From an uncultured Gammaproteobacteria bacterium (GTDB lineage Bacteria > Patescibacteriota > Patescibacteriia > UBA9934 > CAMTUG01), in NCBI GenBank assembly GCA_964588955.1, contig CAZPQJ010000003.1, positions 42-64,041 of the forward strand: a stretch of DNA of 64,000 nt, in the 5' to 3' direction. Positions 37,756 through 46,373 of the stretch are shown here, piece by piece (position 1 is the stretch's first letter; each line of letters starts with the position of its first letter). A program made the translations under genes and the position numbers. A model generated the notes under the pieces. That model was not told the origin of the DNA. It was given only the letters and a program-made list of their open reading frames with translations, and did not search any database.

Positions 37756-37935
37756 ATGCGTGAACAGGAAACTTCCCTCGGCGATCTCATCTCGAGCGTC
37801 TACGACGAGTTCCTCGCACTCTACGGCGACGAAGAGCTCGCCGCCGTCGCCACGGCGCAGGTCATCAACGAACTGCTTGCCAGCGAGGAGCCTGTCGTCT
37901 ACCACTACGGCTCTCAACAAGACTTCACGAGTTGA
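37756..37935 (+). CDS. Small acidic hypothetical protein from a GC-rich orphan gene.
   Basis: A strong Shine-Dalgarno GGTGAGGAGG sits 8 nt upstream of the ATG. 59 aa with a hairpin plus T-run downstream; no family recognised. Confidence 0.35.
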   Translation: MREQETSLGDLISSVYDEFLALYGDEELAAVATAQVINELLASEEPVVYHYGSQQDFTS

Positions 37936-37990
37936 AGCCAGCTTTCCGCCTCGGTCGCCCTCTCGATCGAGGCTTCCGCTTTTTACGATG

Positions 37991-38932
37991 CTAAGCAAGA
38001 AAAAGTCGGTTCTTTTTTTCAACGACCAAATGATCCTGAACCATACGAGCAATCATGGCACGCAGCCAGGCATCGTCTTGGTGCGGATCAAAGATTGGAT
38101 CGATGGCGGATCCAATGTTTTTGATCAGTTTTCCATTGATGGACTCTCGCACCAGTTTTAATATCCTCCCGCGATAAATGCGGTCGGGATATTTTTTGTT
38201 ACGGTAGATTTTTTCGTTGGACTTTTTGATCATCGCTTTCGGTGTCTTGATTCGACCAGACAAAAACTTGTTTGCGGCTGGACACACCTCCCGCAGAGGA
38301 CAGTTGGCGCAGTCAGGCACTTTTTTACAAACGCTGGTGGCAAGGTCGAACAAGGCTTGGGGGACGAGATCAAAGTCGTTGCCTGACAAAAGTTTTGTCG
38401 ATTGCTTGCGAATTTTTTCGTCGAGCAACGGATCTGGAAACGTTACGCCCAGCAACAATCGGTCGAGGACGCGGCGGATGTTGGTATCAATCGGCATCAC
38501 GCGCTCCGCTCGTGTAAACACCGCTAATGCCGCAGCAGTGTACGGACCAATCCCTTTATAGTCTAGCCAGTCGTTAACAGTTTTTGGCTTTCCAACTTTT
38601 CCGCTTAGTATTTGTTTGGTACTTCGAATTTCGGATTTAGTATTTATATGTTGCCGCGCAATATCCCTCAAAGCGAGTGCTCGTCGATTATATCCAAGCC
38701 CCGCCCAGGCTCGGATCACCTCGCTGTTCGATGCCTCCGCCAATTTCGACCAAGTGGGAAACTGTTTCAGCCATTTTTTGTAATACAACAACACCCGCGG
38801 CACTTGCGTCTGCTGCAACATCATCTCTGAAACAAGAATTTTATACGGATCCCGTGTCCGTCGCCATGGCAAATTTCGTCCGTTTTTCTTGTACCAGGCA
38901 AGTAACTTACGGTCGGTGAGCATAGTGGACAA
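37991..38932 (-). CDS. mutY: A/G-specific adenine glycosylase (MutY / EndoIII family, HhH-GPD with 4Fe-4S) carrying an in-frame repeat-derived insertion.
   Basis: HhH (LDYKGIGPYTAAALA) and a Cys cluster (CKKVPDCANCPLREVC). Residues KSEIRSTKQILSGK are encoded by a copy of the 55-nt intergenic repeat. Confidence 0.8.
   Translation of the reverse strand: MSTMLTDRKLLAWYKKNGRNLPWRRTRDPYKILVSEMMLQQTQVPRVLLYYKKWLKQFPTWSKLAEASNSEVIRAWAGLGYNRRALALRDIARQHINTKSEIRSTKQILSGKVGKPKTVNDWLDYKGIGPYTAAALAVFTRAERVMPIDTNIRRVLDRLLLGVTFPDPLLDEKIRKQSTKLLSGNDFDLVPQALFDLATSVCKKVPDCANCPLREVCPAANKFLSGRIKTPKAMIKKSNEKIYRNKKYPDRIYRGRILKLVRESINGKLIKNIGSAIDPIFDPHQDDAWLRAMIARMVQDHLVVEKKNRLFLA
38596..38650 (+). repeat. Copy A of a ~55-nt repeat, lying inside the mutY coding sequence.
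   Basis: cttttccgcttagtatttgtttggtacttcgaatttcggatttagtatttatatg is near-identical to 41579-41636. Confidence 0.7.
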
Positions 38933-38963
38933 TAGTGTATCAATCTGTTATGTTTTACGCACT

Positions 38964-39767
38964 ATGCAAGTTAAACGCGTGATCATCATCAACGACTGTT
39001 CCGATGCCAACGCCCGTTTGCGCATTGAATCGCAAGTGGCTATGGCTTTTCCTGGCGTGCCGACAACGTTTTATGCGGCTGAGCCGTTTGCCACCTTGTC
39101 ACTTAGTTTCTTGCTGGCGGAAAGTGAATTTATGGCGGGCGATGTTGTGTTGTTTAACGCTGCACCGCGTAATTCGAGCGATACCCACGTGGACAATCGC
39201 GCCGGAGCAATGGTATTCGTTACTCTCAAAAATGGCGCCGTTTTGGTTGGACCCAACGAGGGATTCTCGCTGTCGCTCATCCAAAACCAAGTGGAAAAGA
39301 TTGAAATGAAAAAAGATGACGATGGCAACAAATCTGGCTCACAGTTTCGTTCCGCTTATGTGTTCCCCAAGGCTGCGGGAGAATACGCGCGCGGAGAAGG
39401 AGAATATGAAGTTCAAGATCTGGCTAGCTGGCCGTGGAATAATGCGGCGATAGAACAAATCGTCTGGTTTGATTCATTCGACAACATTAAAACGTCGTCG
39501 ACCAAGAAGCTCGTCGACGGACAATCTTACACGGTGCGCTTTATTCGCGACGGTCGCTTGCTCGGAGAGATGAAATTGCCGTATCGGGAAAAAATGACTT
39601 TGCTCGCTCCGGGAGAGCTTGGACTCATTACCGGTTCAAGCTTTGGTCACACTGGCATTGAAGTGGTACGCCGCACTGGCATGGTCGGCCTCACTCGTAC
39701 GCGTCGGTATATTCACGAGCAATACGGCATTGAGTTGTTGGTAGAAGATGAAATCCAAATTTTCTAA
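38964..39767 (+). CDS. Divergent DUF62-like protein (SAM hydroxide adenosyltransferase / chlorinase-fluorinase fold).
   Basis: VIIINDCSD ... VVLFNAAPRNSSDTHVDNRAGAMVFVTLKNGAVLVGPNEGFSL parallels DUF62 TDFG...VVDPGVG...VGPDNG blocks, although the DPGVG motif itself is absent. Confidence 0.45.
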   Translation: MQVKRVIIINDCSDANARLRIESQVAMAFPGVPTTFYAAEPFATLSLSFLLAESEFMAGDVVLFNAAPRNSSDTHVDNRAGAMVFVTLKNGAVLVGPNEGFSLSLIQNQVEKIEMKKDDDGNKSGSQFRSAYVFPKAAGEYARGEGEYEVQDLASWPWNNAAIEQIVWFDSFDNIKTSSTKKLVDGQSYTVRFIRDGRLLGEMKLPYREKMTLLAPGELGLITGSSFGHTGIEVVRRTGMVGLTRTRRYIHEQYGIELLVEDEIQIF

Positions 39768-39781
39768 ATCGATGTCAAAAT

Positions 39782-39810
39782 CAAAACGACCCCCGAGAGG
39801 GTCGTTTTGC
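39782..39810. terminator. Bidirectional intrinsic terminator.
   Basis: A perfect 10-bp stem (aaaacgaccc ccgaga gggtcgtttt) with T-runs on both strands. Confidence 0.65.
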
Positions 39811-39922
39811 TACTTGGTCTTTTTTGCCGCCGCCTTCTTGTGGCGAATGGCAGCCGCTTTGCGTCGTCCGGCTTCCGCGACTTTACGTTCGGCTTTCCAA
39901 ACGTTGCGCCCCTTTTTTCTCA
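39809..39922 (-). CDS. Possible 37-aa Lys/Arg-rich small protein.
   Basis: MRKKGRNVWKAERKVAEAGRRKAAAIRHKKAAAKKTK; it ends at the bidirectional terminator. It is below the ORF-track size cutoff and no family was recognised. Confidence 0.3.
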
Positions 39923-39997
39923 TGCCCATAGTGGTCCCGGTAAGTTTGATTAAATTGCCAAATCATGATATCGAATATGTAAGACTAATGCAAATGT

Positions 39998-41497
39998 ATG
40001 ATGGTATTTAGCGTTCGAAAAGGGGATTTAACAAAAGAGAAAGGGGATCTGCTCGTGGTTAACGTTTTTGAGGGCTGGGATAAGACAGCTGGAGCTACGG
40101 GTGCTGTTGATAAAGCCCTAAAGGGCTTGTTGACAACGGTCGCTCGCGAAGATCAGTTTAAAGGCAAACTTGGTGAAGTGCTATTTTTACGCACGCATGG
40201 TCAGATTCCGGCTAAACGTGTGATGGTGGTCGGGCTTGGAAAAAAAGAGGAGTTTTGCGAAGAAACCGTTCGCGAAGTCGCTGCCGTGTCACTGAACCAA
40301 GCAGAAAGAATTGGTGCCAAAACGGTTATTTCTATTTTGCACGGTGCGGGAGCGGGAAAACTTGCCCCAAAGATTTCTGGAAAAGCAATGGTTGAGGGAG
40401 TGCGTTTGGCCGCTTACACGTTTGACGAATACAAAAAACAAAAAGCAGCACCAAAGGTGCAGGCATTCTCGATCGTCTCAAACGATGGACGCGATGTTGC
40501 ACAAGCGGCACTCGGTGTTCAGGTTGGCGAATTAAATGCTAAAGGAACCATGCTTGCGCGCCATCTCGTTAATACGCCATCGGGTCACATGCAACCAGCC
40601 ACACTTGTGGAAACGGCTCGCCGTATTGTACGCGAAAGCAAAGGAGCCGTAACGATGAAGGTGTACGATTACGCCGCACTGAAAAAAATGGGAGCTGGTG
40701 GTCTTCTCGGTATTTCGCAAGGCTCGGATCATCCGCCGGTGATGGTGCACCTTCGTTACGCTCCACGAGGTGCCAAGAAACATGTTAGCCTTGTCGGCAA
40801 GGCGATTACCTTTGACTCCGGTGGATTGTCGATTAAACCAGCAGAAGCCATGTACACCATGAAGTGCGATATGGCCGGTTCTGCGGCCGTGCTCGGCGTG
40901 TTTGATGTAATTGCTAAAGAGAAGCCAAAAGTAATTGTTGATGGCATCTTTGGAGCTTGTGAAAACTTGCCATCTGGTAAGGCAATTCGCCCGGGCGATG
41001 TGGTCAAAACACTCAACGGCAAAACCATTGAGGTGTTGCATACGGATGCTGAGGGGCGGGTAACATTGGCGGACACACTCGCTTATGCCGCGCGCTTGAA
41101 GCCGGATGCGATTGTTGATTTGGCTACCTTGACTGGCGCCTGCATGGTGGCGCTTGGTGAAGAAATTTCTGGCGCTATGAGCAACAACAAAAAATTGGTT
41201 GGTAAAGTACTTGCCGCGGCGGAGTCGGCCGGGGAGAAGATGTGGGAGTTGCCGCTGGAAAAAAACTACAAAAAGGAGATCAAGTCAGAAGTGGCAGACT
41301 ATCGCAACATCGCCGGACGTTGGGGTGGAGCGTTGACGGCTGGATTACTGTTGGAAGAATTTGTTGACGGCTTGCCGTGGGTGCACCTCGACATCGCCGG
41401 CCCTGCTTTTGCGGAACGACCATTGAATGCGTATACGTCTCGAGGTGGATCGGGGGCGGGAGTGAGGACACTGTTGGAGTTTCTTCGAAGTTATTAG
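39998..41497 (+). CDS. pepA: Leucyl aminopeptidase (M17).
   Basis: NTPSGHMQP, the metal-site region VGKAITFDSGG, and HTDAEGRVTLADTLAYA are M17 signatures. Confidence 0.85.
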   Translation: MMVFSVRKGDLTKEKGDLLVVNVFEGWDKTAGATGAVDKALKGLLTTVAREDQFKGKLGEVLFLRTHGQIPAKRVMVVGLGKKEEFCEETVREVAAVSLNQAERIGAKTVISILHGAGAGKLAPKISGKAMVEGVRLAAYTFDEYKKQKAAPKVQAFSIVSNDGRDVAQAALGVQVGELNAKGTMLARHLVNTPSGHMQPATLVETARRIVRESKGAVTMKVYDYAALKKMGAGGLLGISQGSDHPPVMVHLRYAPRGAKKHVSLVGKAITFDSGGLSIKPAEAMYTMKCDMAGSAAVLGVFDVIAKEKPKVIVDGIFGACENLPSGKAIRPGDVVKTLNGKTIEVLHTDAEGRVTLADTLAYAARLKPDAIVDLATLTGACMVALGEEISGAMSNNKKLVGKVLAAAESAGEKMWELPLEKNYKKEIKSEVADYRNIAGRWGGALTAGLLLEEFVDGLPWVHLDIAGPAFAERPLNAYTSRGGSGAGVRTLLEFLRSY

Positions 41498-41498
41498 G

Positions 41499-41623
41499 GA
41501 AATCCGAAATTCGAAGTACCAAATCCGAAACAATCGGAAAAAGGAAAATCCCAATCGGAAAACTGTTTGGGACTTTTCTTTTTTCCGATTAGAATTTGTT
41601 TGGTACTTCGAATTTCGGATTTC
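41499..41623. repeat. 125-nt palindromic repeat element: 25-bp inverted arms around a structured ~75-nt core. It is the likely bidirectional terminator between pepA and the peroxiredoxin gene.
   Basis: The arms are gaaatccgaaattcgaagtaccaaa (41499-41523) and tttggtacttcgaatttcggatttc (41599-41623). The right half (41579-41636) matches the copy inside mutY. Confidence 0.7.
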
Positions 41624-41669
41624 GAATTTAACATCCAGCCTACGCCGGTTTTAAGTTTACAAAACAATC

Positions 41670-42194
41670 CTAAGCCTTTCCGAGTGACTCCGTCCCCGGC
41701 TCCCACTCCATTTGGCAGAGCTCACCAGACTGCAATGCCTCGACCACACGCAGGGTCTCTTTGACCGAACGCCCGACCGATCCAGCACTTACGAGAGCGT
41801 ATTTAACGATTCCTTCCGGATCAATCACAAACAGTCCGCGTTCAGAAAGGCCGTCTTTTTCGTTATACACGTCATACGCTTTAGAAACGGCGTGGGTAGT
41901 GTCGGCGAGCACGGGGTATTCCACTTCTTTCAAGTCGCGCTCAAACCAGTTTTTGTGGCTCCACTCGGAATCTGTCGAAGCACCAACGACTTCGCAGTTC
42001 ATCTTTTCGAATTCGGCGCGGTGAGCGCTGAAGCCTTTAATCTCTGTAGGGCAGATAAAGGTGAAGTCGCGGGGGTAAAAGAAGAATACCAACCACTTAC
42101 CTTTGTAATCCGCTAAGCTCACCGAGTGAAACTCACCTTTGTGGTAAGCCATCACGTCTTTAAACTCCGGTGCCGGTTGTCCAACATGAATCAT
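41670..42194 (-). CDS. Peroxiredoxin, typical 2-Cys AhpC/Tsa family.
   Basis: Peroxidatic Cys in FTFICPTE and resolving Cys in GELCQMEW. Confidence 0.85.
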   Translation of the reverse strand: MIHVGQPAPEFKDVMAYHKGEFHSVSLADYKGKWLVFFFYPRDFTFICPTEIKGFSAHRAEFEKMNCEVVGASTDSEWSHKNWFERDLKEVEYPVLADTTHAVSKAYDVYNEKDGLSERGLFVIDPEGIVKYALVSAGSVGRSVKETLRVVEALQSGELCQMEWEPGTESLGKA

Positions 42195-42212
42195 AAGATA
42201 GTGGTTAAGTGG

Positions 42213-42812
42213 TTAGTGGCTAGTTGCCGTCTTCGTAAATCGCTCCTCCACGACGCTCCAATCAATGGCGCTCATGAACGCGGTAATGTAGTCGGCACGT
42301 TTAATGCCATAGTCAGTCATGTACGCGTGCTCGAAGACGTCCATAATGAGAAGGGGGGTCGTTTCCACACGGTGTCCGACGTCGTGCTCGTTTACCCAGG
42401 TATTCGCAAACATTCCCGCTTCTGCATCGAAGACAAGGACAACCCAGCCGATGCCGCGCATCGATCCCGTAGCAACAAAGTCTTTCTGCCACGCTTCGAG
42501 ACTGCCGTACTGAGCAATGAGTTTTTTCGAGAGTTCGGAATCTTCGCCTAGCGCTTTTCCTCCGTTTATCATGTTGCCAAAGTACAACTCATGTAGACGA
42601 ACCCCATTGAACTCCCAAGCGGAGCGGCGCTTGATCTCTGCGTACTCGATCGATCCAAATTGATCGTTAGCACGTAACTCCGAAAAACGTTCGTGAAGCG
42701 CGTTCAGATTTTTCATATATCCCTGATACAGCGTAAAGTGGTTCTTGAGCATCGTCTCGGAGAACCCAGGGGTTCCCAGAAGATGGTCAAAGTTCTTTGC
42801 AACGTATTCCAT
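42213..42812 (-). CDS. sod: Fe/Mn superoxide dismutase.
   Basis: HFTLYQGY... and DVFEHAYM metal-ligand motifs. Confidence 0.85.
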   Translation of the reverse strand: MEYVAKNFDHLLGTPGFSETMLKNHFTLYQGYMKNLNALHERFSELRANDQFGSIEYAEIKRRSAWEFNGVRLHELYFGNMINGGKALGEDSELSKKLIAQYGSLEAWQKDFVATGSMRGIGWVVLVFDAEAGMFANTWVNEHDVGHRVETTPLLIMDVFEHAYMTDYGIKRADYITAFMSAIDWSVVEERFTKTATSH

Positions 42813-42957
42813 AGAATCTTTGTTATTTCCTCTGTAAATGTTATCCTGATTAGGAAGAAATGTCTATGAAACACCATTGGCGTATTTTGTTGGCTTTACT
42901 GGCAGTTGGCCTTGGAGTCGCGGCCTATCTGTTTTGGAAAAGCATGATTGCTTCCCT

Positions 42958-43707
42958 ATGAGTCGATTCCTGCGCGGATTGTTGATCGCGGGGGTTGTTT
43001 TGTTGTTGGTGGGAGGAATGGTTGTGGAGATTCGCAATCATCTGCCGCTTACAACTCCCGCGTTTGATGGGGTGGTAGACAGCGGATCTGGTGGTAACAT
43101 TCCGGCCATCAATCAACCGCGATTTGACACAGTCAAAGTAGCGGACGCCTACCTGAGCGACGATGGCTTAGGGATTGATTTCGCTGTCGGATCGACGCAT
43201 CGTTTTTATCCCTATCAAATTCTCGTCTGGCACGAAGTAGTTAATGATGAGATCAACGGCACGCCGATCGTTGTTACGTACGATCCACTTTGTGGCTCCG
43301 GCATGGTGTTTGATCGAACCTATAACGGCACAACCTATACATTTTCTGTCGCCGATAAAGTCAAGAATAATAACTTGCTGATGCAAGACGGCCAGTCAGA
43401 TGATCTGTGGTCTCAGATTGGGGACACACGATTAAATTATTGGGCGTCGACGGTTGAATCGTGGAAAACGTTTAAGGCCGAACATCCAGACGGCGAGGTG
43501 CTTTCGCGATCTACGGGCGCGATTCGTGATTACACGAGTAATCCGTATGGGGATTACGCGACAAGCGATACAATCTACTTTCCGTTGACGACGCTGGATG
43601 GCACACGTCCTCCTAAAGAAATAGTCGTGGGAGAACGCGGTGAGCAGATGTATTGGTTTTGCTGGGCGGCTTTTCATCCTGGTCAGGAGCCCGTGTCCTC
43701 TCTTTAA
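42958..43707 (+). CDS. DUF3179-domain membrane-anchored protein.
   Basis: A TM anchor, then FYPYQILVWHEVVNDEINGTPIVVTYDPLCGSG, characteristic of DUF3179. Confidence 0.6.
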   Translation: MSRFLRGLLIAGVVLLLVGGMVVEIRNHLPLTTPAFDGVVDSGSGGNIPAINQPRFDTVKVADAYLSDDGLGIDFAVGSTHRFYPYQILVWHEVVNDEINGTPIVVTYDPLCGSGMVFDRTYNGTTYTFSVADKVKNNNLLMQDGQSDDLWSQIGDTRLNYWASTVESWKTFKAEHPDGEVLSRSTGAIRDYTSNPYGDYATSDTIYFPLTTLDGTRPPKEIVVGERGEQMYWFCWAAFHPGQEPVSSL

Positions 43708-43720
43708 TGCATAAACGTGT

Positions 43721-44392
43721 ATGGCAACTCTTTCGATCGTGGCCACACCTATTGGAAATCTAAAAGACATTACCCTTCGCGCGATAGAAACGTTAAAAGA
43801 CGTCGATGTTGTTTTGTGTGAAGACACCCGTGTCACGATGAAACTTTTGTCCCATTTAGAACTCAAAAAAAAACTGATAAGTTTTCACGAGCATTCGGAT
43901 CGTCATAAACTCGACGAGGTCCTCGATGTGCTGCGTGGCGGATCGAACGTCGCCCTCGTGACCGACGCGGGCACCCCAAGCGTTTCCGATCCTGGCGCCT
44001 GGCTGGTACGCGAAGTGACGCGATCGTTGCCGGATGTTGTCATCACGACTATTCCTGGACCATCCGCCGTGGCCGCCGCCATCTCTATTTGCGGATTCGA
44101 CGGCTCTGAGTTTGTCTTCATGGGCTTTCCGCCACACAAGAAGGGGAGGAAAGCGTTTTTTGATCGTCTGGCCGCGGAGGAACGCATCGTCGTCGTGTAC
44201 GAGTCGACCCACCGCATTATGAAAGCCATGGAAGAGCTGTGTGAACGCTTAGGTGACCGTCCCCTGGTCGTTTGCCGGGAACTCACCAAAGCCTTTGAAA
44301 CCATCTATCGCGGCACCGCCGACGAGGTGACAGAACAGCTCAAAACAGGTAGCATTAAAGGAGAATTTGTGATTGTTGTTGGATCTGTATGA
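43721..44392 (+). CDS. rsmI: 16S rRNA (cytidine1402-2'-O)-methyltransferase RsmI (short form).
   Basis: LSIVATPIGNLKDITLRAIETLKDVDVVLCEDTR and the tetrapyrrole-methylase-fold motifs. Confidence 0.85.
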   Translation: MATLSIVATPIGNLKDITLRAIETLKDVDVVLCEDTRVTMKLLSHLELKKKLISFHEHSDRHKLDEVLDVLRGGSNVALVTDAGTPSVSDPGAWLVREVTRSLPDVVITTIPGPSAVAAAISICGFDGSEFVFMGFPPHKKGRKAFFDRLAAEERIVVVYESTHRIMKAMEELCERLGDRPLVVCRELTKAFETIYRGTADEVTEQLKTGSIKGEFVIVVGSV

Positions 44393-45822
44393 AGACGTTT
44401 TACGTGAGCACCCCCATTTATTACGTGAATGACAAACCGCACATTGGCCACGCCTACTCCACGATTGCGGCAGATATTTTGGCGCGCTATCACCGTTTGC
44501 TTGGTGAAGAGGTGTTCTTTTTAACCGGCACGGACGAGAATTCGCAGAAAAATATTGATGCCGCCAAGAAAGCCGGTGAAGAAGATATCCAAGCGTACCT
44601 GGATCGCATGAGCGGGGTGTGGCAGTCCACCTGGAAAACCCTTGGTCTCACTAACGACGATTTTATTCGTACCACACAAGAACGTCATAAAATGGGCGTG
44701 GAAAAATTTTGGGGCGCGGCGGCCGAGCGCGGTGATATTTACGAAGGCCGGTACGAAGGATTGTATTGCGTCGGCTGCGAGGAATACAAAAAAGAAGATG
44801 ATTTGGTTGACGGTCTCTGCCCTATGCACAAAAAGGCGCCAGAGAAATTGTCAGAGAAGAATTATTTTTTCAAACTTACTAATTACCGCGAGGCGCTCCT
44901 TAAGCATATTGACGATCATCCAGACTTTATTCAGCCGATGAGTCGTCGCAACGAAGTGCGTTCCTACGTCGACAAGTTCATGACTGACACGAGCATCTCT
45001 CGCGAAACGGTCAAATGGGGGATTAGCGTGCCGAATGACGAGAGTCAACGGATTTATGTGTGGTTTGATGCCTTGATCAACTATTTGACCGGTGTTGGTT
45101 ATGGAACCGATGAAGGAAGGTTTCAGAAGTTTTGGCCAGCCAACCTACACATCGTCGGCAAAGACATTATTAAATTCCACTGCGCTCTGTGGCCAGCGAT
45201 GCTTATGAGCGCGGGGTTGCCGTTGCCTGAGCGCGTTTTTGCTCACGGGTTTTTTACCATCGACGGCGAGAAGATTTCCAAGTCGCTTGGTAATGCCATT
45301 GATCCTGTTGAACTCGCTCAGGACTTCGGCGTCGACGCCGTGCGCTACTTTTTGATGCGCGAAATTTCTTTTGGCGAAGACGGCGATTTCTCTCGATCGC
45401 GTTTGGAACAGCGTTACGACGGCGAGCTGGCGAGTGAGCTTGGTAATCTTGTAAATCGTGTTCTCGTGATGGCTAACAAATATGGTGTTGGCGCCATCGC
45501 GGAAAAAGCTCCTGTTCTGCCTTCTGAATATCACCAAGCCATGATCGACATTCGTCTGCACGACGCTCTGCAAGAGGCGTTCCGTATGGTGCGCGAAGCC
45601 AATCAATACATTGATCAACAAGCACCTTGGAAACTTGCTAAAGAAGGGAAGCAAGAAGAGGTTGCGGCGGTGCTGACAAAACTGCTGGAAATGATCACTC
45701 AGATTGCCGGCATGCTCGTCCCGTTTATGCCGACCACGGCAGATAAAATCAACGAGCAACTTGTGTCGATGATTCCGACGCCAATCTTCCCTCGTCGTGA
45801 TCCGTCCGCCCCAACGAGCTAA
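44389..45822 (+). CDS. metG: Methionyl-tRNA synthetase, minimal form.
   Basis: HIGH (PHIGHAYS) and KMSKS (KISKSLGN) motifs, with a CxxC...CPxH zinc knuckle. Confidence 0.9.
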   Translation: MKTFYVSTPIYYVNDKPHIGHAYSTIAADILARYHRLLGEEVFFLTGTDENSQKNIDAAKKAGEEDIQAYLDRMSGVWQSTWKTLGLTNDDFIRTTQERHKMGVEKFWGAAAERGDIYEGRYEGLYCVGCEEYKKEDDLVDGLCPMHKKAPEKLSEKNYFFKLTNYREALLKHIDDHPDFIQPMSRRNEVRSYVDKFMTDTSISRETVKWGISVPNDESQRIYVWFDALINYLTGVGYGTDEGRFQKFWPANLHIVGKDIIKFHCALWPAMLMSAGLPLPERVFAHGFFTIDGEKISKSLGNAIDPVELAQDFGVDAVRYFLMREISFGEDGDFSRSRLEQRYDGELASELGNLVNRVLVMANKYGVGAIAEKAPVLPSEYHQAMIDIRLHDALQEAFRMVREANQYIDQQAPWKLAKEGKQEEVAAVLTKLLEMITQIAGMLVPFMPTTADKINEQLVSMIPTPIFPRRDPSAPTS

Positions 45823-45839
45823 TTGCCAATTACTAATCC

Positions 45840-46373
45840 TTGCTCTTTATGACTTTCACTCTCATCGATGTCATCCTCATTGTCCTTGTCGTTGTCTTCG
45901 TCGTTTCCGGATCGATTCTCGGGTTTGTAAAATCCCTTGGTGGATTTCTTGGTGCGGCGGTAGGTATTTTTGTGGCCTCACGCGTGGCGGGGCCGATTGG
46001 CGACTGGCTCGCTCCGGTGGTTGGCGGCAATAGTCAGATCGTTTCGATCGTTGCCTTCTCGATTGTCTATTTGGTCGCTTCACGTTTGTTTGCCTTGCTG
46101 TTTTGGATTGTGGAAAAAACCCTTGGAGTGGCCGCCAAGTTGCCATTCTTGAGTTCGGTGGATCATTTGCTTGGTGCTATTTTTGGATTTTTGGAAGGCG
46201 TTATTGCCGTGGCGGCAGTGGTTTATTATGCGGGTGCCGTTTTGCCAACAGATGTGTTGCAGAATTCCATTCAAACCTCACAAGTAGGCGTTTGGCTGCT
46301 TTCAGTGTTTGATTTAGTCAAAGGATTAGTTCCGGCCGCCTTACAAGCAAAGATTGAAGAGCAAGTTTTGTAA
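45840..46373 (+). CDS. cvpA: CvpA-family membrane protein.
   Basis: IDVILIVLVVVFVVSGSILGFVKSLGGFLGAAVGIFVA is a typical CvpA N-terminus. Confidence 0.6.
   Translation: MLFMTFTLIDVILIVLVVVFVVSGSILGFVKSLGGFLGAAVGIFVASRVAGPIGDWLAPVVGGNSQIVSIVAFSIVYLVASRLFALLFWIVEKTLGVAAKLPFLSSVDHLLGAIFGFLEGVIAVAAVVYYAGAVLPTDVLQNSIQTSQVGVWLLSVFDLVKGLVPAALQAKIEEQVL

Noticed and set aside
41494-41706. 70-aa minus ORF (…NSKSEIRSTKQIL…) and 71-aa plus ORF 41377..41592 overlapping the palindromic repeat.
   Set aside because: They are translations of the repeat/terminator element itself. The shared peptide with MutY reflects the repeated DNA, not a gene family.
45145-45759. 204-aa minus ORF inside metG and 60496..61116 (-) inside the uvrD-like gene.
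   Set aside because: Antisense to genes with HIGH/KMSKS and helicase motifs respectively.
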